Assembly (NCBI GenBank): GCA_963666975.2
Contig: CAXVYR010000003.1
Coordinates: 1,152,001 to 1,216,000, forward strand
DNA: 64,000 nt
Origin: Terriglobia bacterium
Lineage (GTDB): Bacteria > Acidobacteriota > Terriglobia > 2-12-FULL-54-10
Reading direction: 5' to 3'
Shown here: piece by piece, positions 40,639 to 50,998 of the stretch
How the letters are laid out: each line of letters starts with the position of its first letter
Numbering within the stretch: position 1 is the stretch's first letter
Notes under the pieces: model-generated
Database searches by the model: none
Seen by the model: the letters and a program-made list of their open reading frames with translations, nothing else
What the model was told of the DNA's origin: nothing
Program-made: the position numbers and the translations under genes

Positions 40639-41858
40639 ACGTTATGAGAATTGGCTACCTGGATTGCTTCTCCGGCGTGAGCGGCGATATGCTGCTCGGC
40701 GCTTTTGTCGCCTGCGGCCTGGAACTCTCCAAAGTGGAGCGGGAGGTCGGAAAGCTCGACCTCGGTGAAATCCGCTGGCGGCAGGAACAAGTAAAGCGCG
40801 GCATGCTGATGGGGACGCGGATTCTGATTGAATCGCCGCCGCAACAGCCCTCGCGCAAATACCGCGACATCGTGGAACGGATCCAGGCGGCTCCCCTTTC
40901 CCCGTATGTACAGCAGCAATCCCTGACGATCTTCCGCCGCTTGGGCGAGGTAGAGGCCGCGTTGCACGGATGGACGCTCGACCAAGTCCATTTTCATGAA
41001 GTGGGTGCAGTGGACTCGATAGCCGACATCGTAGGCAGTTGTGTCGCCGTCGAGTTGCTGGGAATTGAACAACTGGTTTGTTCGCCTCTGAACCTGGGCG
41101 GCGGGACAGTGAAATGCGATCATGGCACGCTGCCGGTCCCCGCCCCGGCGGCTTTGGCGATGCTGAAAGGAGTCCCGGTATATTCCACAGGGGTTGCCGC
41201 TGAGCTGGTGACTCCGACCGGCGCGGCTGTGGTTTCAAGCCTCGCCGCTAGCTTTGGCCCCTTCCCGGCCATGACGGTTGAGAGCGCAGGATATGGAGCT
41301 GGGGCACGGGACCTGCCAGAGACCCCTAATCTCCTCCGCATCAGCATCGGGGAAGCAGCTCCGGCCGAAACGGGAGAGGAAAAATTGTTCATGCTGGAGG
41401 CGAACATGGACGATATGAATCCCCAGGTGTTCAATTTTTTCACCGAACGCGCGCTTGCTGCCGGAGCACTGGACGTTTTTTTCACGCCCGTGCAGATGAA
41501 GAAAAACCGTCCCGGCGTGCTGCTTTCCGTCCTGTGCCGGCCCGCGCAGCGGGAAAAGCTGATGGAGATGTTCTTTCAGGAAACAACTACCATTGGCGTG
41601 CGCGGCTACGAGGTCTTCCGGCGCGCCCTGGAGCGGGAATCGGTGCCCGTGCAGACTTCCTACGGAGAGGTTCGCATCAAGGTGGCCCGCCGAAACGGCC
41701 AGGTGCTGAATTTTAGCCCGGAGTTTGAAGACTGCCGGAGACTGGCGGCGGAAAATAAGGTACCCTTGAAGAAAGTTTTAGAGGAAGCCACCTTTACATT
41801 TTGGAGGGAATCGGGAACTCAGGCCGGCTCCCCGGCCAAAAAAGGAAAAAGCCGATAA
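40635..41858 (+). CDS. larC: Nickel pincer cofactor biosynthesis protein
   Basis: DCFSGVSGDM, VHFHEVGAVDSIADIVG, ELVTPTGAA, MKKNRPG, PEFEDC. Confidence 0.93.
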   Translation: MNVMRIGYLDCFSGVSGDMLLGAFVACGLELSKVEREVGKLDLGEIRWRQEQVKRGMLMGTRILIESPPQQPSRKYRDIVERIQAAPLSPYVQQQSLTIFRRLGEVEAALHGWTLDQVHFHEVGAVDSIADIVGSCVAVELLGIEQLVCSPLNLGGGTVKCDHGTLPVPAPAALAMLKGVPVYSTGVAAELVTPTGAAVVSSLAASFGPFPAMTVESAGYGAGARDLPETPNLLRISIGEAAPAETGEEKLFMLEANMDDMNPQVFNFFTERALAAGALDVFFTPVQMKKNRPGVLLSVLCRPAQREKLMEMFFQETTTIGVRGYEVFRRALERESVPVQTSYGEVRIKVARRNGQVLNFSPEFEDCRRLAAENKVPLKKVLEEATFTFWRESGTQAGSPAKKGKSR

Positions 41859-41863
41859 CCAGG

Positions 41864-43867
41864 ATGCCACGATATTATCTGACCACGCCGCTCTACTACG
41901 TAAACGCAGCTCCGCACCTGGGGCATACCTACAGCACACTCGTGGCGGACACCATCCGCCGCTTCAAAAAAATGGAAGGCTATGACGCTTTCCTGCTCAC
42001 CGGAACCGACGAACACGGGCAGAAAGTAGAGAGAGCAGCCACCGCCGCCGGGCTGTCGCCGCAGCAGTTCGCCGATCAAGTGTCCTCTCTGTTCCGAGAA
42101 TCGTGGCGCCGCCTGGGAGTGGAATTTGACGGCTTCATTCGAACCACTTCCCAGAATCATCACGCGGCGGTGAGGAAGATTTTTGAGGCGGTCGAGAAAG
42201 CCGGCTACATCTACAAGGGGAGCTACACCGGCCAGTATTGCATCGTCGACGAGCTGTACGCTTCCGAGGCCGGTCCCGGCGATCCGTGCCCGGAGTGCGG
42301 ACGGCCTACAGAAACCGTCACGGAGGAAAATTACTTCTTCAAGCTCTCCGCCTTTCAGGACCGTTTGCTGGCGTATTACCAAGAGCATCCTGACTTCATC
42401 CGCCCGGAGACCCGCCGCAACGAGGTGATGGCCTTCGTGCGGGGAGGGCTGCGTGATGTCTCGATCAGCCGCACCACGCTGAAGTGGGGCATTCCGTTGC
42501 CCGCAGCATCGCAGGAAAAATCGGATGCCCAGCACGTCTTCTACGTCTGGTTTGACGCGCTGACTGGATATCTGAGCGGAATCGGTTACGGGGAGGAAGG
42601 AGAATCCGGAGAGGCCTTCCTTTTTGGCAACCTATGGCCGGCTGATCTGCATTTGGTCGGCAAGGAGATCCTGCGATTCCACGCCGTTTATTGGCCCGCT
42701 TTTCTGATGGCTGCGGGACTGCCGCTTCCCCGCGGAATCTTTGCCCACGGCTGGCTGCTGTTTGAAGAAGGCAAAATGAGCAAGTCGCGCGGAAACATCA
42801 TCCAGGCCGAGCCGATCCGGGAGGTTTTGGGCACCGACGCCCTGCGGTATTTCCTGCTGCGCGAGATTCCCTTCGGACAGGATGGCCATTTTTCCTACGA
42901 TGCGCTGCTCGGCCGTTACAACTCCGATCTGGCAAACGATTGGGGGAACCTGGTCAGCCGCACGCTCAAAATGATCAGCCGATACTTCAAGGGCACGATC
43001 CCCTACCCCTCGGCTCTGGCACAACGCTCGGAGCACGACCGGAAAATTTTGGAGTTGGGCGAAAAGACGATCTCCCGCTACCGCGGCTGTTTTGACCGCT
43101 TTGAATTCCCCGCCGGCCTGGAGGCGATCTGGGAGTTGATCGGAGCAGTCAACAAATACCTGGTGGAGACCGAGCCGTGGGCTTTGGCGGAAAAAAACAC
43201 CGACGCCGACCGCTCCCGACTGGCTACGGTTCTCTATACGGCGGCGGAGGCCGTGCGCGTCGCGACGCAATTGCTGGCTCCGGTCATGCCGCAAGCAACC
43301 GCCAAGATATGGCAGCAGCTCGGCCAGACCTCGGACCTATCTCTGCTGTCGCTAGACGATATTAGCCGGTCTCCGCTGGCAACCGGAGAGCAGATTGGCA
43401 AGGTGGAGCCGGTCTTTCCGCGCCTCGACAAAGGGACAACCATCTCCAAACTGATCCAGTTGCAAGAACAAGCCTCCCAAAAGAGCCTGCCGACAAAAGC
43501 GAGTGAGGGAGCTGCGGCTGCGCAGCAAGCTACCGGCGAGATGATTCCGTTGGAAGACTTCCTCAAACTGGACCTGCGCGCCGGGGAAGTGCGCGTAGCG
43601 GAGAGGGTCAAGGGAGCCACCAAATTGCTGCGGCTGGAGGTGGATATTGGAACCGAGGTTCGGCAGATTGTATCCGGAATTGCCGAGGCTTATTCGCCGG
43701 AGGACTTGCTCGGCAAGAAGGTGGTCATTATAGCCAACCTCGCTCCCCGCAAGTTCCGCGGCATCGAATCGAACGGCATGATCGTGGCCGCATCGGTCGG
43801 CAAGGATGACCGGCCGGTCCTGGTGACCTTCACCGAAGACGTTCCCAATGGAGCACGGTTGCGCTGA
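41864..43867 (+). CDS. metG: Methionine-tRNA ligase
   Basis: HLGH, GTDEHG, YVWFDAL, KMSKS, C-terminal tRNA-binding domain. Confidence 0.97.
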   Translation: MPRYYLTTPLYYVNAAPHLGHTYSTLVADTIRRFKKMEGYDAFLLTGTDEHGQKVERAATAAGLSPQQFADQVSSLFRESWRRLGVEFDGFIRTTSQNHHAAVRKIFEAVEKAGYIYKGSYTGQYCIVDELYASEAGPGDPCPECGRPTETVTEENYFFKLSAFQDRLLAYYQEHPDFIRPETRRNEVMAFVRGGLRDVSISRTTLKWGIPLPAASQEKSDAQHVFYVWFDALTGYLSGIGYGEEGESGEAFLFGNLWPADLHLVGKEILRFHAVYWPAFLMAAGLPLPRGIFAHGWLLFEEGKMSKSRGNIIQAEPIREVLGTDALRYFLLREIPFGQDGHFSYDALLGRYNSDLANDWGNLVSRTLKMISRYFKGTIPYPSALAQRSEHDRKILELGEKTISRYRGCFDRFEFPAGLEAIWELIGAVNKYLVETEPWALAEKNTDADRSRLATVLYTAAEAVRVATQLLAPVMPQATAKIWQQLGQTSDLSLLSLDDISRSPLATGEQIGKVEPVFPRLDKGTTISKLIQLQEQASQKSLPTKASEGAAAAQQATGEMIPLEDFLKLDLRAGEVRVAERVKGATKLLRLEVDIGTEVRQIVSGIAEAYSPEDLLGKKVVIIANLAPRKFRGIESNGMIVAASVGKDDRPVLVTFTEDVPNGARLR

Positions 43868-44676
43868 TGTTTGTGGACTCGCATGCTCACCTGGAGTTTC
43901 CTGATTTTGACGGCGACCGCGAAGCAGTTTTTGAGCGGGCGCGGGCGAGCGGCGTGCAATCCATCCTGGCGATCGGCAGCGGGACCGGGCCTCATCGGCT
44001 GCGGGCCGGGCTGGATATGGCCGAGGGGAAGGATTGGGTCCATCCGACGGTGGGAATTCATCCTCACGAAGCGCGGCTCGCCACGGAAGACCACTTTGCG
44101 GAACTGGCCCGCCTGGCAGCGGATCCGAGCGTGGTGGCGATGGGAGAATTGGGGCTCGACTATCATTACGATCATTCACCGCGCGAGATTCAGCAGCAGG
44201 TTTTTCTCCGCCAGATTGAGATGGCCGGGCAAGCTCGTTTGCCCCTGGTGATCCACTGCCGCGAGGCCTGGGAAGACTGCCTCCGCATTCTGGAACAGCA
44301 TTGGAAACGCACTGGACTGGGAGGCATCCTGCATTGCTTCAGCGGTTCGTTTCAGGATGCCCGACGGGGGATGGACGCCGGGTTCCTGGTTTCGTTTGCA
44401 GGCAACCTGACGTTTCCCAAAGCCGGGGCGTTGCGCGAAGTGGCAGCGCAAATTCCCCGGGACCGGCTGCTGATTGAAACCGACTCCCCCTTTCTGACGC
44501 CGGTCCCGCACCGCGGGAAACGCAACGAGCCGTCCTTTGTTCTGCATGTTGCAAAGCAACTCGGAGCTTTGCAGGGTCTCTCGGCAGAAGAGGCGGGCAG
44601 CTATACATCTCACAATTTTTTTCAATGGATGGAGCGTGCCCGGAGGCGAGACGCTGTTGCCGGACAAACTTCTTAA
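43867..44676 (+). CDS. tatD: TatD-family DNase
   Basis: DSHAH, GIHPH, GELGLDY, IHCR, HCFSG, ETDSPF. Confidence 0.93.
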   Translation: MFVDSHAHLEFPDFDGDREAVFERARASGVQSILAIGSGTGPHRLRAGLDMAEGKDWVHPTVGIHPHEARLATEDHFAELARLAADPSVVAMGELGLDYHYDHSPREIQQQVFLRQIEMAGQARLPLVIHCREAWEDCLRILEQHWKRTGLGGILHCFSGSFQDARRGMDAGFLVSFAGNLTFPKAGALREVAAQIPRDRLLIETDSPFLTPVPHRGKRNEPSFVLHVAKQLGALQGLSAEEAGSYTSHNFFQWMERARRRDAVAGQTS

Positions 44677-44747
44677 AACAATCCTTGTGCTATACTGCCG
44701 GGGCATATTAGATTAAGGCTTTTCGCGTTTCTTCCTTTCGAGTTGCC

Positions 44748-45749
44748 ATGAAGACTATTGCATCGCCTCCCCTCCTGTCGTGGCAAGAAACCTTCGAATT
44801 GGTCCGCCCGGAATTGGGGCTGGTGGAACAGCAGTTCCGGGCCGAAATGGCTTCCGGCGTTCCGGCCGTTACCACCATCGGGCAATATCTTCAAATCAGC
44901 GGCGGTAAGCGGCTGCGTCCGGCCCTGGTGCTGCTGGCGACCAAGCTTTTTGGAAACGCCAGCAAGGCGGCCATCCACTTGGCGGCGGTGGTAGAGATGA
45001 TTCATACCGCCACCTTGGTTCATGACGACGTGATTGACGAAGCAGACCGGAGACGGGGACGGCCTTCCACCAATTCCCGCTGGGGCAACCATACCAGCGT
45101 GCTGGCCGGCGACTGGCTCTACATGCAAGCCTTCAAGACCGCGCTCCAGGAGCGCAACTTCCGAATTCTGGACATTCTGATTGAGCTGACTCAAATGATG
45201 GTGGAGGGCGAGCTAATTCAGTTAGAGATGATCGGCAAGCTGGATTTGACCGTGGAGCAACATCTCGACCTGGTCCATCGTAAGACAGCGTGCCTGTTCG
45301 GGGCCTGCACCCGCCTGGGCGCGGTGCTGAACGGGCAAGACCAGCAGACGGAACACCTGCTGGGCGAGTACGGCAGGAATTTGGGAATGGCCTTTCAATT
45401 GGTGGACGACCTGCTGGATTTCACGGCGAGCGAGGCGGCCTTGGGCAAGCCGGTGGGCAGCGACCTGCGCGAAGGGAAAGCAACCCTTTCGCTGATCTAC
45501 TTGCTGGAGGGCTGCACTGCCGAGGAGCAAGCCCAGGTAGCCACAGTCATGGAGGAGCGCTCCTTTCAGTCCGTGCCCTGGAAGGGCTTGCTGGAAATCC
45601 TCCACCGTTACGAAATCCCCCGCCGGGTGAAGGAGCAAGCTCGCCGCTACTCCCAAAGTGCCCTCCAATACCTGGAAAGCTTTCCTGATTCTCCTTATAA
45701 ACGCGCCCTGACGGCTCTGCCGGATTTTGTTGTGAACCGGAACAGCTAA
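44748..45749 (+). CDS. Polyprenyl diphosphate synthase
   Basis: GGKRLRP, HDDVID, KTA, FQLVDDLLD. Confidence 0.95.
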   Translation: MKTIASPPLLSWQETFELVRPELGLVEQQFRAEMASGVPAVTTIGQYLQISGGKRLRPALVLLATKLFGNASKAAIHLAAVVEMIHTATLVHDDVIDEADRRRGRPSTNSRWGNHTSVLAGDWLYMQAFKTALQERNFRILDILIELTQMMVEGELIQLEMIGKLDLTVEQHLDLVHRKTACLFGACTRLGAVLNGQDQQTEHLLGEYGRNLGMAFQLVDDLLDFTASEAALGKPVGSDLREGKATLSLIYLLEGCTAEEQAQVATVMEERSFQSVPWKGLLEILHRYEIPRRVKEQARRYSQSALQYLESFPDSPYKRALTALPDFVVNRNS

Positions 45750-45827
45750 GCTGTGCTCACCGGACAAACACGTTTCCCCAGGCCGTCCGATCCACAATTC
45801 ACCAGCGGAACCGCAACATGCGTAACC

Positions 45828-46511
45828 ATGCCTAACCGGGAGACAGAAGTAAAAATCAGAATTGCGGATGTGAAAGGCGTCCAGAAACAATTGCGAAAGA
45901 TCGGGTTCCGCCTGCGGCACTCCCGGTCCCTGGAAGACAACACTTTGTTCGATACGCCGGACCGCAAGCTGCGGAAGGTTCGTTCCATCCTTCGCTTGCG
46001 GCACTATGGCCGCCGATGGATTTTATCCTACAAGGGCACGCCTTCACCGGACCGCTTTTATAAGTCGCGGGTGGAGATCGAAACAGAGATCGAAAAACCA
46101 CAAGCATTCCGTTCCATCTTTGCGGTCCTCGGTCTCCAGCCTGTATTTCGATACCAAAAATACCGCCGCCATTACGCCCCCCCCAGCCGGAAAGGACATA
46201 AAGGAAACCTCCGAAAAACAGCGCTGCGAAAAGCAGCGCAGGGAGAAATAGTGCTGGACGAAACGCCGATCGGTAATTTCCTGGAGCTGGAGGGAAGCCG
46301 GGTTTGGATTGACCGGGTGGCGCGTCAACTGGGATACTCGCGACGCGATTACAGCACGTCTTCCTACGGCGCGCTTTATCTGGAGGATTGCCGGAAGCAG
46401 AATATCCCGCCGGGCGACATGGTGTTTTCCGCCGGGGACACCGGAAAAAGAAAACCGGAGCAAGACCTCTTTCGGGTTCCACAAAACACCGGAAGGCCGA
46501 AAACTTCTTGA
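45828..46511 (+). CDS. CYTH-family (class IV adenylate cyclase-like) protein
   Basis: ETEVK, ILRLR, YKG, YQKYR, DETPIGNFLELEG. Confidence 0.9.
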   Translation: MPNRETEVKIRIADVKGVQKQLRKIGFRLRHSRSLEDNTLFDTPDRKLRKVRSILRLRHYGRRWILSYKGTPSPDRFYKSRVEIETEIEKPQAFRSIFAVLGLQPVFRYQKYRRHYAPPSRKGHKGNLRKTALRKAAQGEIVLDETPIGNFLELEGSRVWIDRVARQLGYSRRDYSTSSYGALYLEDCRKQNIPPGDMVFSAGDTGKRKPEQDLFRVPQNTGRPKTS

Positions 46512-46533
46512 CAAGGAAGCGCTAAAAATCTTA

Positions 46534-47254
46534 GGGGCTGTCCTAGCTAAGCAGATTGCTTAGGGATAGGATGGCGATATGTACGAACGGCGTAGTCGGC
46601 TGAGCAAGGCGAAGCGGGATCGGTTGGTGGAGCACTTCGTTGCCGGGACGACGGCACGGGCGGCGGCTGAGCTTGTCGGGGTTCATCGGAACACGGCCGC
46701 TTCGTTCTATACACGGATTCGCACGGTGATTGCCGAGGAGACCCAGAAAGCCTCTTCGGTTTGCGGCGAAATCGAAGTGGACGAGAGTTACTTCGGTGGT
46801 CGCCGCAAGGGCAAACGCGGTCGTGGTGCTGGCGGGAAAGTCCCGGTTTTCGGGCTTTTGAAGCGTGGAGGAAGGGTCTACACGGTGATGATCCCCAATG
46901 CCCGTACGGACACGTTGATGCCGATCATGGAGCGCCTGATCCAGCCCGACAGCATCGTCTACACGGATGGCTTTTCGAGCTACGATGCTCTGGATGTGTC
47001 GGACTTCCACCATGTTCGGATCAACCACTCGGAACGGTTCGTCGACGAACGGAACCACATCAATGGGATCGAGAACTTCTGGAACCAGGCAAAGCGGCAT
47101 CTTCGGCGCTTCAACGGGGTGCCCAAACAGAGTTTTCACCTCTTCCTGAAGGAGTGCGAATGGCGCTTCAATGGCGGTAACCACCGGACACTGCTTAACC
47201 AATTGAAGACATGGATCAAATCGAGACAGAATCACCCTTAGCTAGGACAGCCCC
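46534..47254 (+). mobile_element. IS1595-family (IS1016-like) element
   Basis: Perfect IRs GGGGCTGTCCTAGCTA; 8-bp TSD AAATCTTA. Confidence 0.95.
46579..47241 (+). CDS. IS1595-family transposase
   Basis: EVDESYFGG, YTDG, INHS, NGIENFW, ECEWRFN. Confidence 0.95.
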   Translation: MYERRSRLSKAKRDRLVEHFVAGTTARAAAELVGVHRNTAASFYTRIRTVIAEETQKASSVCGEIEVDESYFGGRRKGKRGRGAGGKVPVFGLLKRGGRVYTVMIPNARTDTLMPIMERLIQPDSIVYTDGFSSYDALDVSDFHHVRINHSERFVDERNHINGIENFWNQAKRHLRRFNGVPKQSFHLFLKECEWRFNGGNHRTLLNQLKTWIKSRQNHP

Positions 47255-47467
47255 AAATCTTATTAAGTCTTGGGGGGCGAAAAATGTAGGGCGAAACAAA
47301 AATACACTTGATTCCCTGAAAGCTGGAGCTTTTATGCCCGACGGCCTTATCCGCATGCGATTTCGCCAAAGCCGGGGGCTTCGGCCAGAGAGACCGGGAG
47401 ATTTTAGCTTTGTCCCAACTACGGCCAAAACCCGCAGGCAAGCGGGCTGTGGCCGGGAACCGACGCC

Positions 47468-47496
47468 TCCCGTGGCGAATGGCCACGGGATTTTTT
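47468..47496 (+). terminator. Intrinsic terminator/attenuator in the leader of the Mg transport operon
   Basis: TCCCGTGGC-GAATG-GCCACGGGA followed by TTTTTT, 46 nt upstream of the start codon. Confidence 0.7.
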
Positions 47497-47542
47497 GGGG
47501 CTGTTTGTTACCCAGCCAGAGAGACGAGACAGGAAGGCAAGC

Positions 47543-48787
47543 ATGCTGTATTTGACAGAAATTCTGGGATTGCCCGTCATAGACTCTTCCGGAAAGAAGG
47601 CCGGGAAAGTGGCGGAGTTGGCCGTTGCTTCGGTTGTGCAGCCATCGCGCGTGGCTATGCTGCTGCTGAAAAACACCAAGGGGAAACCCTCCATCGCGGT
47701 GCCGTTTGAGAATGTTTCGGCCTTTTCGTCCGAGGAGATCCGCCTGCGGGTTGCCAGGGAAAAACTGGAACTGTTCCAGCCGGATGAAGCTTTGCTCCTG
47801 CTGCGCAAGGACTTGCTCGACCAGCAAATCATCGACGTCAACGGGCGCAAGGTGGTGCGCGTCAATGATCTCTCTTTCAGCGAACAGGTTGTAAACGGCC
47901 ACACGGAACTTTTACTGAGCGAAGTGGACATCGGGCTCAGCGGAGCCTTGCGCCGTTTGCTGCACGGAGCCCTGCCCCGGACTTGGCTGCGGAAACTGGA
48001 ATCCCATGTAAAGGGAACCTTCATCCGTTGGGAATTTGTTGACCTGCTGGAAGCTGACCCTCTCCGGCAGGTGAAGCTGAACATTTCCCACAAGGTTTTA
48101 AGGGGGCTCCACCCGGCTGACTTAGCCGACATCATGGAAGAGCTGGCGCCCAAAGAACGGCAAGCGATCTTCACCGCCCTGGACGATGCCACGGCCGCAG
48201 CAGCCCTCTCTGAAATTCCCCGGAAGTTACAGGTTTCCATTCTTGATTCGCTGGAAAAAACCAGGGCGGCAGACATACTGGAAGAAATGCCGCCGGACGC
48301 CGCCGCGGACTTGCTGGCGGAGCTTCCCGCCGAAACCAGCACCGAGCTGCTCCAGGATATGGACCGCGAGGAAGCCGCCGAGTTGGGCGAGTTGCTCGGG
48401 TTTCCAGAAAACAGCGCCGGCGGCCGGATGACCACCGATTATGTGGCCATTCCCTCTACGGCCGACGTTGAAGCCGCCAGTAATTTGATTCGCGGCGCTC
48501 CGGAATTACCTGAGAATTTCGCCGCGATTTTCCTCGTGGACACGGAAGGAAAGCTGATAGGCACTGTGGCCTTGTCGCAATTGATTGTTGCGGAACCGCA
48601 GACAAGCCTGGAAGAGTTGCAATCGGAGCCGCTGCTCTCCATTCCGGCGCAAGCTCCGGAAGAAGACATCGTGGAACTGTTCGACAAATACAACCTGCTT
48701 TCCTTGCCCGTGGTGGACGAGGAACAAATTTTGATCGGGGTCGTGACCGTCGACGACATTGTCAGCGTTCTGCGCAAGAAAAGCTGA
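47543..48787 (+). CDS. PRC-barrel / MgtE N-terminal / CBS protein (no transmembrane domain)
   Basis: DQQIIDVNGRKVVRVND, LHPADLADI, AGGRMTT, paired CBS domains. Confidence 0.88.
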   Translation: MLYLTEILGLPVIDSSGKKAGKVAELAVASVVQPSRVAMLLLKNTKGKPSIAVPFENVSAFSSEEIRLRVAREKLELFQPDEALLLLRKDLLDQQIIDVNGRKVVRVNDLSFSEQVVNGHTELLLSEVDIGLSGALRRLLHGALPRTWLRKLESHVKGTFIRWEFVDLLEADPLRQVKLNISHKVLRGLHPADLADIMEELAPKERQAIFTALDDATAAAALSEIPRKLQVSILDSLEKTRAADILEEMPPDAAADLLAELPAETSTELLQDMDREEAAELGELLGFPENSAGGRMTTDYVAIPSTADVEAASNLIRGAPELPENFAAIFLVDTEGKLIGTVALSQLIVAEPQTSLEELQSEPLLSIPAQAPEEDIVELFDKYNLLSLPVVDEEQILIGVVTVDDIVSVLRKKS

Positions 48788-48850
48788 ACCGGCTGGTGCC
48801 CATGACTGCCATAAACTTTTTATCCGAACCACCCCGGAAACCGGAACAAG

Positions 48851-50089
48851 ATGAACTTCCTGAAACGCTGGAAGACCCACATCCTGATCTTTCTCGCCGT
48901 CATCGGCCCGGGCTTTATTACGGCCAATGTCGACAACGACGCCGGCGGCATCTATACCTATTCGCTCGCCGGAGCGCGCTACGGGTATACCTTGCTGTGG
49001 ACGCTGATCCCGATCACCTTCGTGCTGATCGTCGTCCAGGAGATGAGCGCGCGCCTGGGAGCGGTAACGGGCAAGGGGCTCGCTGACCTCATCCGCGAGG
49101 AATTCGGCTTTCGCATTACATTCTTTTTGATGCTCGTCCTGACTGTGGCCAACCTGGCCAACGTCATGGCGGAGTTTGCCGGGGTGGCCTCCAGCATGGC
49201 GATCTTCGGCATCTCGAAATACATCTCGGTGCCGGTCGTGGCGTTCTTTGTGTGGCTTCTGGTGGTGCGGGGCACGTACAAATCCGTCGAGAAGGTGTTC
49301 CTGTTTGCTTGCAGCTTCTATGTTTGCTACATCATTTCCGGCGTGCTGGCGAAACCGGATTGGATCGAGGCCGCCCAAGCCGTGGTCCGGCCAACGATTC
49401 ACATGGAAACCGGCTACCTGATTATGCTGGTGGGAATGATAGGGGCGACCGTCGCGCCGTGGATGCAGTTCTACTTGCAATCGGCCATCGTCGAAAAGGG
49501 AGTCGGGCAGAAGCAATATGCAGAGTCCCGGCTGGAAGTGATCGTAGGTTGTCTGGTCATGGTCGGTGTGACGTTCTTCATCATCGTGGCTTGCGCGGCG
49601 ACCATACATACCAATGGCCGGCAAGACATTGTCGACGCCGCAGACGCCGCCATCGCATTGCGGCCTCTCGCCGGTGATTACGCCTCGCTTCTGTTTGCTT
49701 TTGGATTGTTTAATGCGTCCGTGTTCGCAGCCTCCATTCTTCCGCTTGCCACGGCCTATTCCGTCTGCGAAGGGCTGGGATTTGAAGCCGGGGTCAACAA
49801 AAAGTTCCGGGAAGCGCCGGTCTTCTACTGGCTGTATACCTTGCTCATCGTGATAGGAGGCGGTTTGATTTTAATTCCTGGAATTCCGCTGGTCCTGGTT
49901 TCCTACTTTTCCCAGGTAGCCAATGGTTTCTTGCTGCCGTTTGTGCTGGTCTTCTTGCTGTTGCTCGTCAACCGCGTGGACCTGATGGGCGGATTCAAGA
50001 ACTCCAGGGGATATAACTTGATTGCCGGATCAACGGTCGCGGTCCTTGTGGTGCTGACGCTGCTGTTGCTGGGCCTGGAGATTTTCTGA
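48851..50089 (+). CDS. NRAMP-related divalent metal (likely Mg2+) transporter
   Basis: GPG...DNDAGG in place of the canonical DPGN, QEMSARLG, GATVAPW. Confidence 0.88.
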   Translation: MNFLKRWKTHILIFLAVIGPGFITANVDNDAGGIYTYSLAGARYGYTLLWTLIPITFVLIVVQEMSARLGAVTGKGLADLIREEFGFRITFFLMLVLTVANLANVMAEFAGVASSMAIFGISKYISVPVVAFFVWLLVVRGTYKSVEKVFLFACSFYVCYIISGVLAKPDWIEAAQAVVRPTIHMETGYLIMLVGMIGATVAPWMQFYLQSAIVEKGVGQKQYAESRLEVIVGCLVMVGVTFFIIVACAATIHTNGRQDIVDAADAAIALRPLAGDYASLLFAFGLFNASVFAASILPLATAYSVCEGLGFEAGVNKKFREAPVFYWLYTLLIVIGGGLILIPGIPLVLVSYFSQVANGFLLPFVLVFLLLLVNRVDLMGGFKNSRGYNLIAGSTVAVLVVLTLLLLGLEIF

Positions 50090-50184
50090 AAACGAGTTGA
50101 GTACGTGGGCTATCTGCGGACGGGAGGAGGCAGAACTATGACGAACTGTCCAGGAATTTCACACGCGCCGGGAGAGAAAAGTTA

Positions 50185-50976
50185 ATGCTCACCAAAATAT
50201 TCGCCACGTTCTATCCCGTGACTTTGCTGTTTCTCCGAATTTTTGCCGGCTTCTTGTTTTGGGAGCGCGGAGCATCGAAGCTGTTGGGCTGGTTTGGCGG
50301 CAACCAAGCGGATTTTTTGACCCTGCTGTGGGTTGCCGCCATACTGGAGTTTTTGGGCGGTATCGCGATCGTAGCCGGACTGTTCACGCGCCCGGTTGCT
50401 TTCATTCTTGCCGGAGAGATGGCGGTTGCTTTTTTTATGGCTCACTTTCCCAGGGGCTTCTGGCCGATCGTGAACCAGGGAGAGCTGGCCGTTCTGTTTT
50501 GTTTCATCTTTCTGTTTCTGGCTGCTGCCGGACCAGGAAAACTTTCCTTTGAGGCTCTGCTCCCCGATAAAACCGGGCTGCGAAAACTATTTAGCCGCTT
50601 CTATCCCATGACGCTGACCTTGCTTCGGGTTGTTACCGGAGCGATGTTCTGGCAGCACGGGGTAAGGAAATTGTTTGGTCTGCTCGGCGGCAACCAAGTA
50701 GAATTCCTGGAATTACGCTGGTTTGCCGGCGTGCTGGAGTTTTTCGGAGGTCTGTTCATCGCGGGCGGCCTGTTTACCCGCCCTGTGGCCTTTCTACTCT
50801 CGGGAGAGATGGCGACCGCTTTCTTCCTGTCTCACTTCCCCAGAGGCTTCTGGCCGATCCAGAACGGGGGCGAGCGCGCGGTTCTGTTTTGCTTTATTTA
50901 TTTCTTCCTGGCTACAGCGGGTCCGGGAAGGTTGAGCCTGGACGGCCTCATGGCCCGCAAATCCAGCAAGCGCTGA
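50185..50976 (+). CDS. Tandem DoxX-domain membrane protein
   Basis: Two repeats of GLFTRPVAF.L.GEMA.AFF..HFPRGFWPI.N.GE.AVLFCFI. Confidence 0.88.
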   Translation: MLTKIFATFYPVTLLFLRIFAGFLFWERGASKLLGWFGGNQADFLTLLWVAAILEFLGGIAIVAGLFTRPVAFILAGEMAVAFFMAHFPRGFWPIVNQGELAVLFCFIFLFLAAAGPGKLSFEALLPDKTGLRKLFSRFYPMTLTLLRVVTGAMFWQHGVRKLFGLLGGNQVEFLELRWFAGVLEFFGGLFIAGGLFTRPVAFLLSGEMATAFFLSHFPRGFWPIQNGGERAVLFCFIYFFLATAGPGRLSLDGLMARKSSKR

Positions 50977-50998
50977 TCGCTTCCATGCTTATTTCTTA

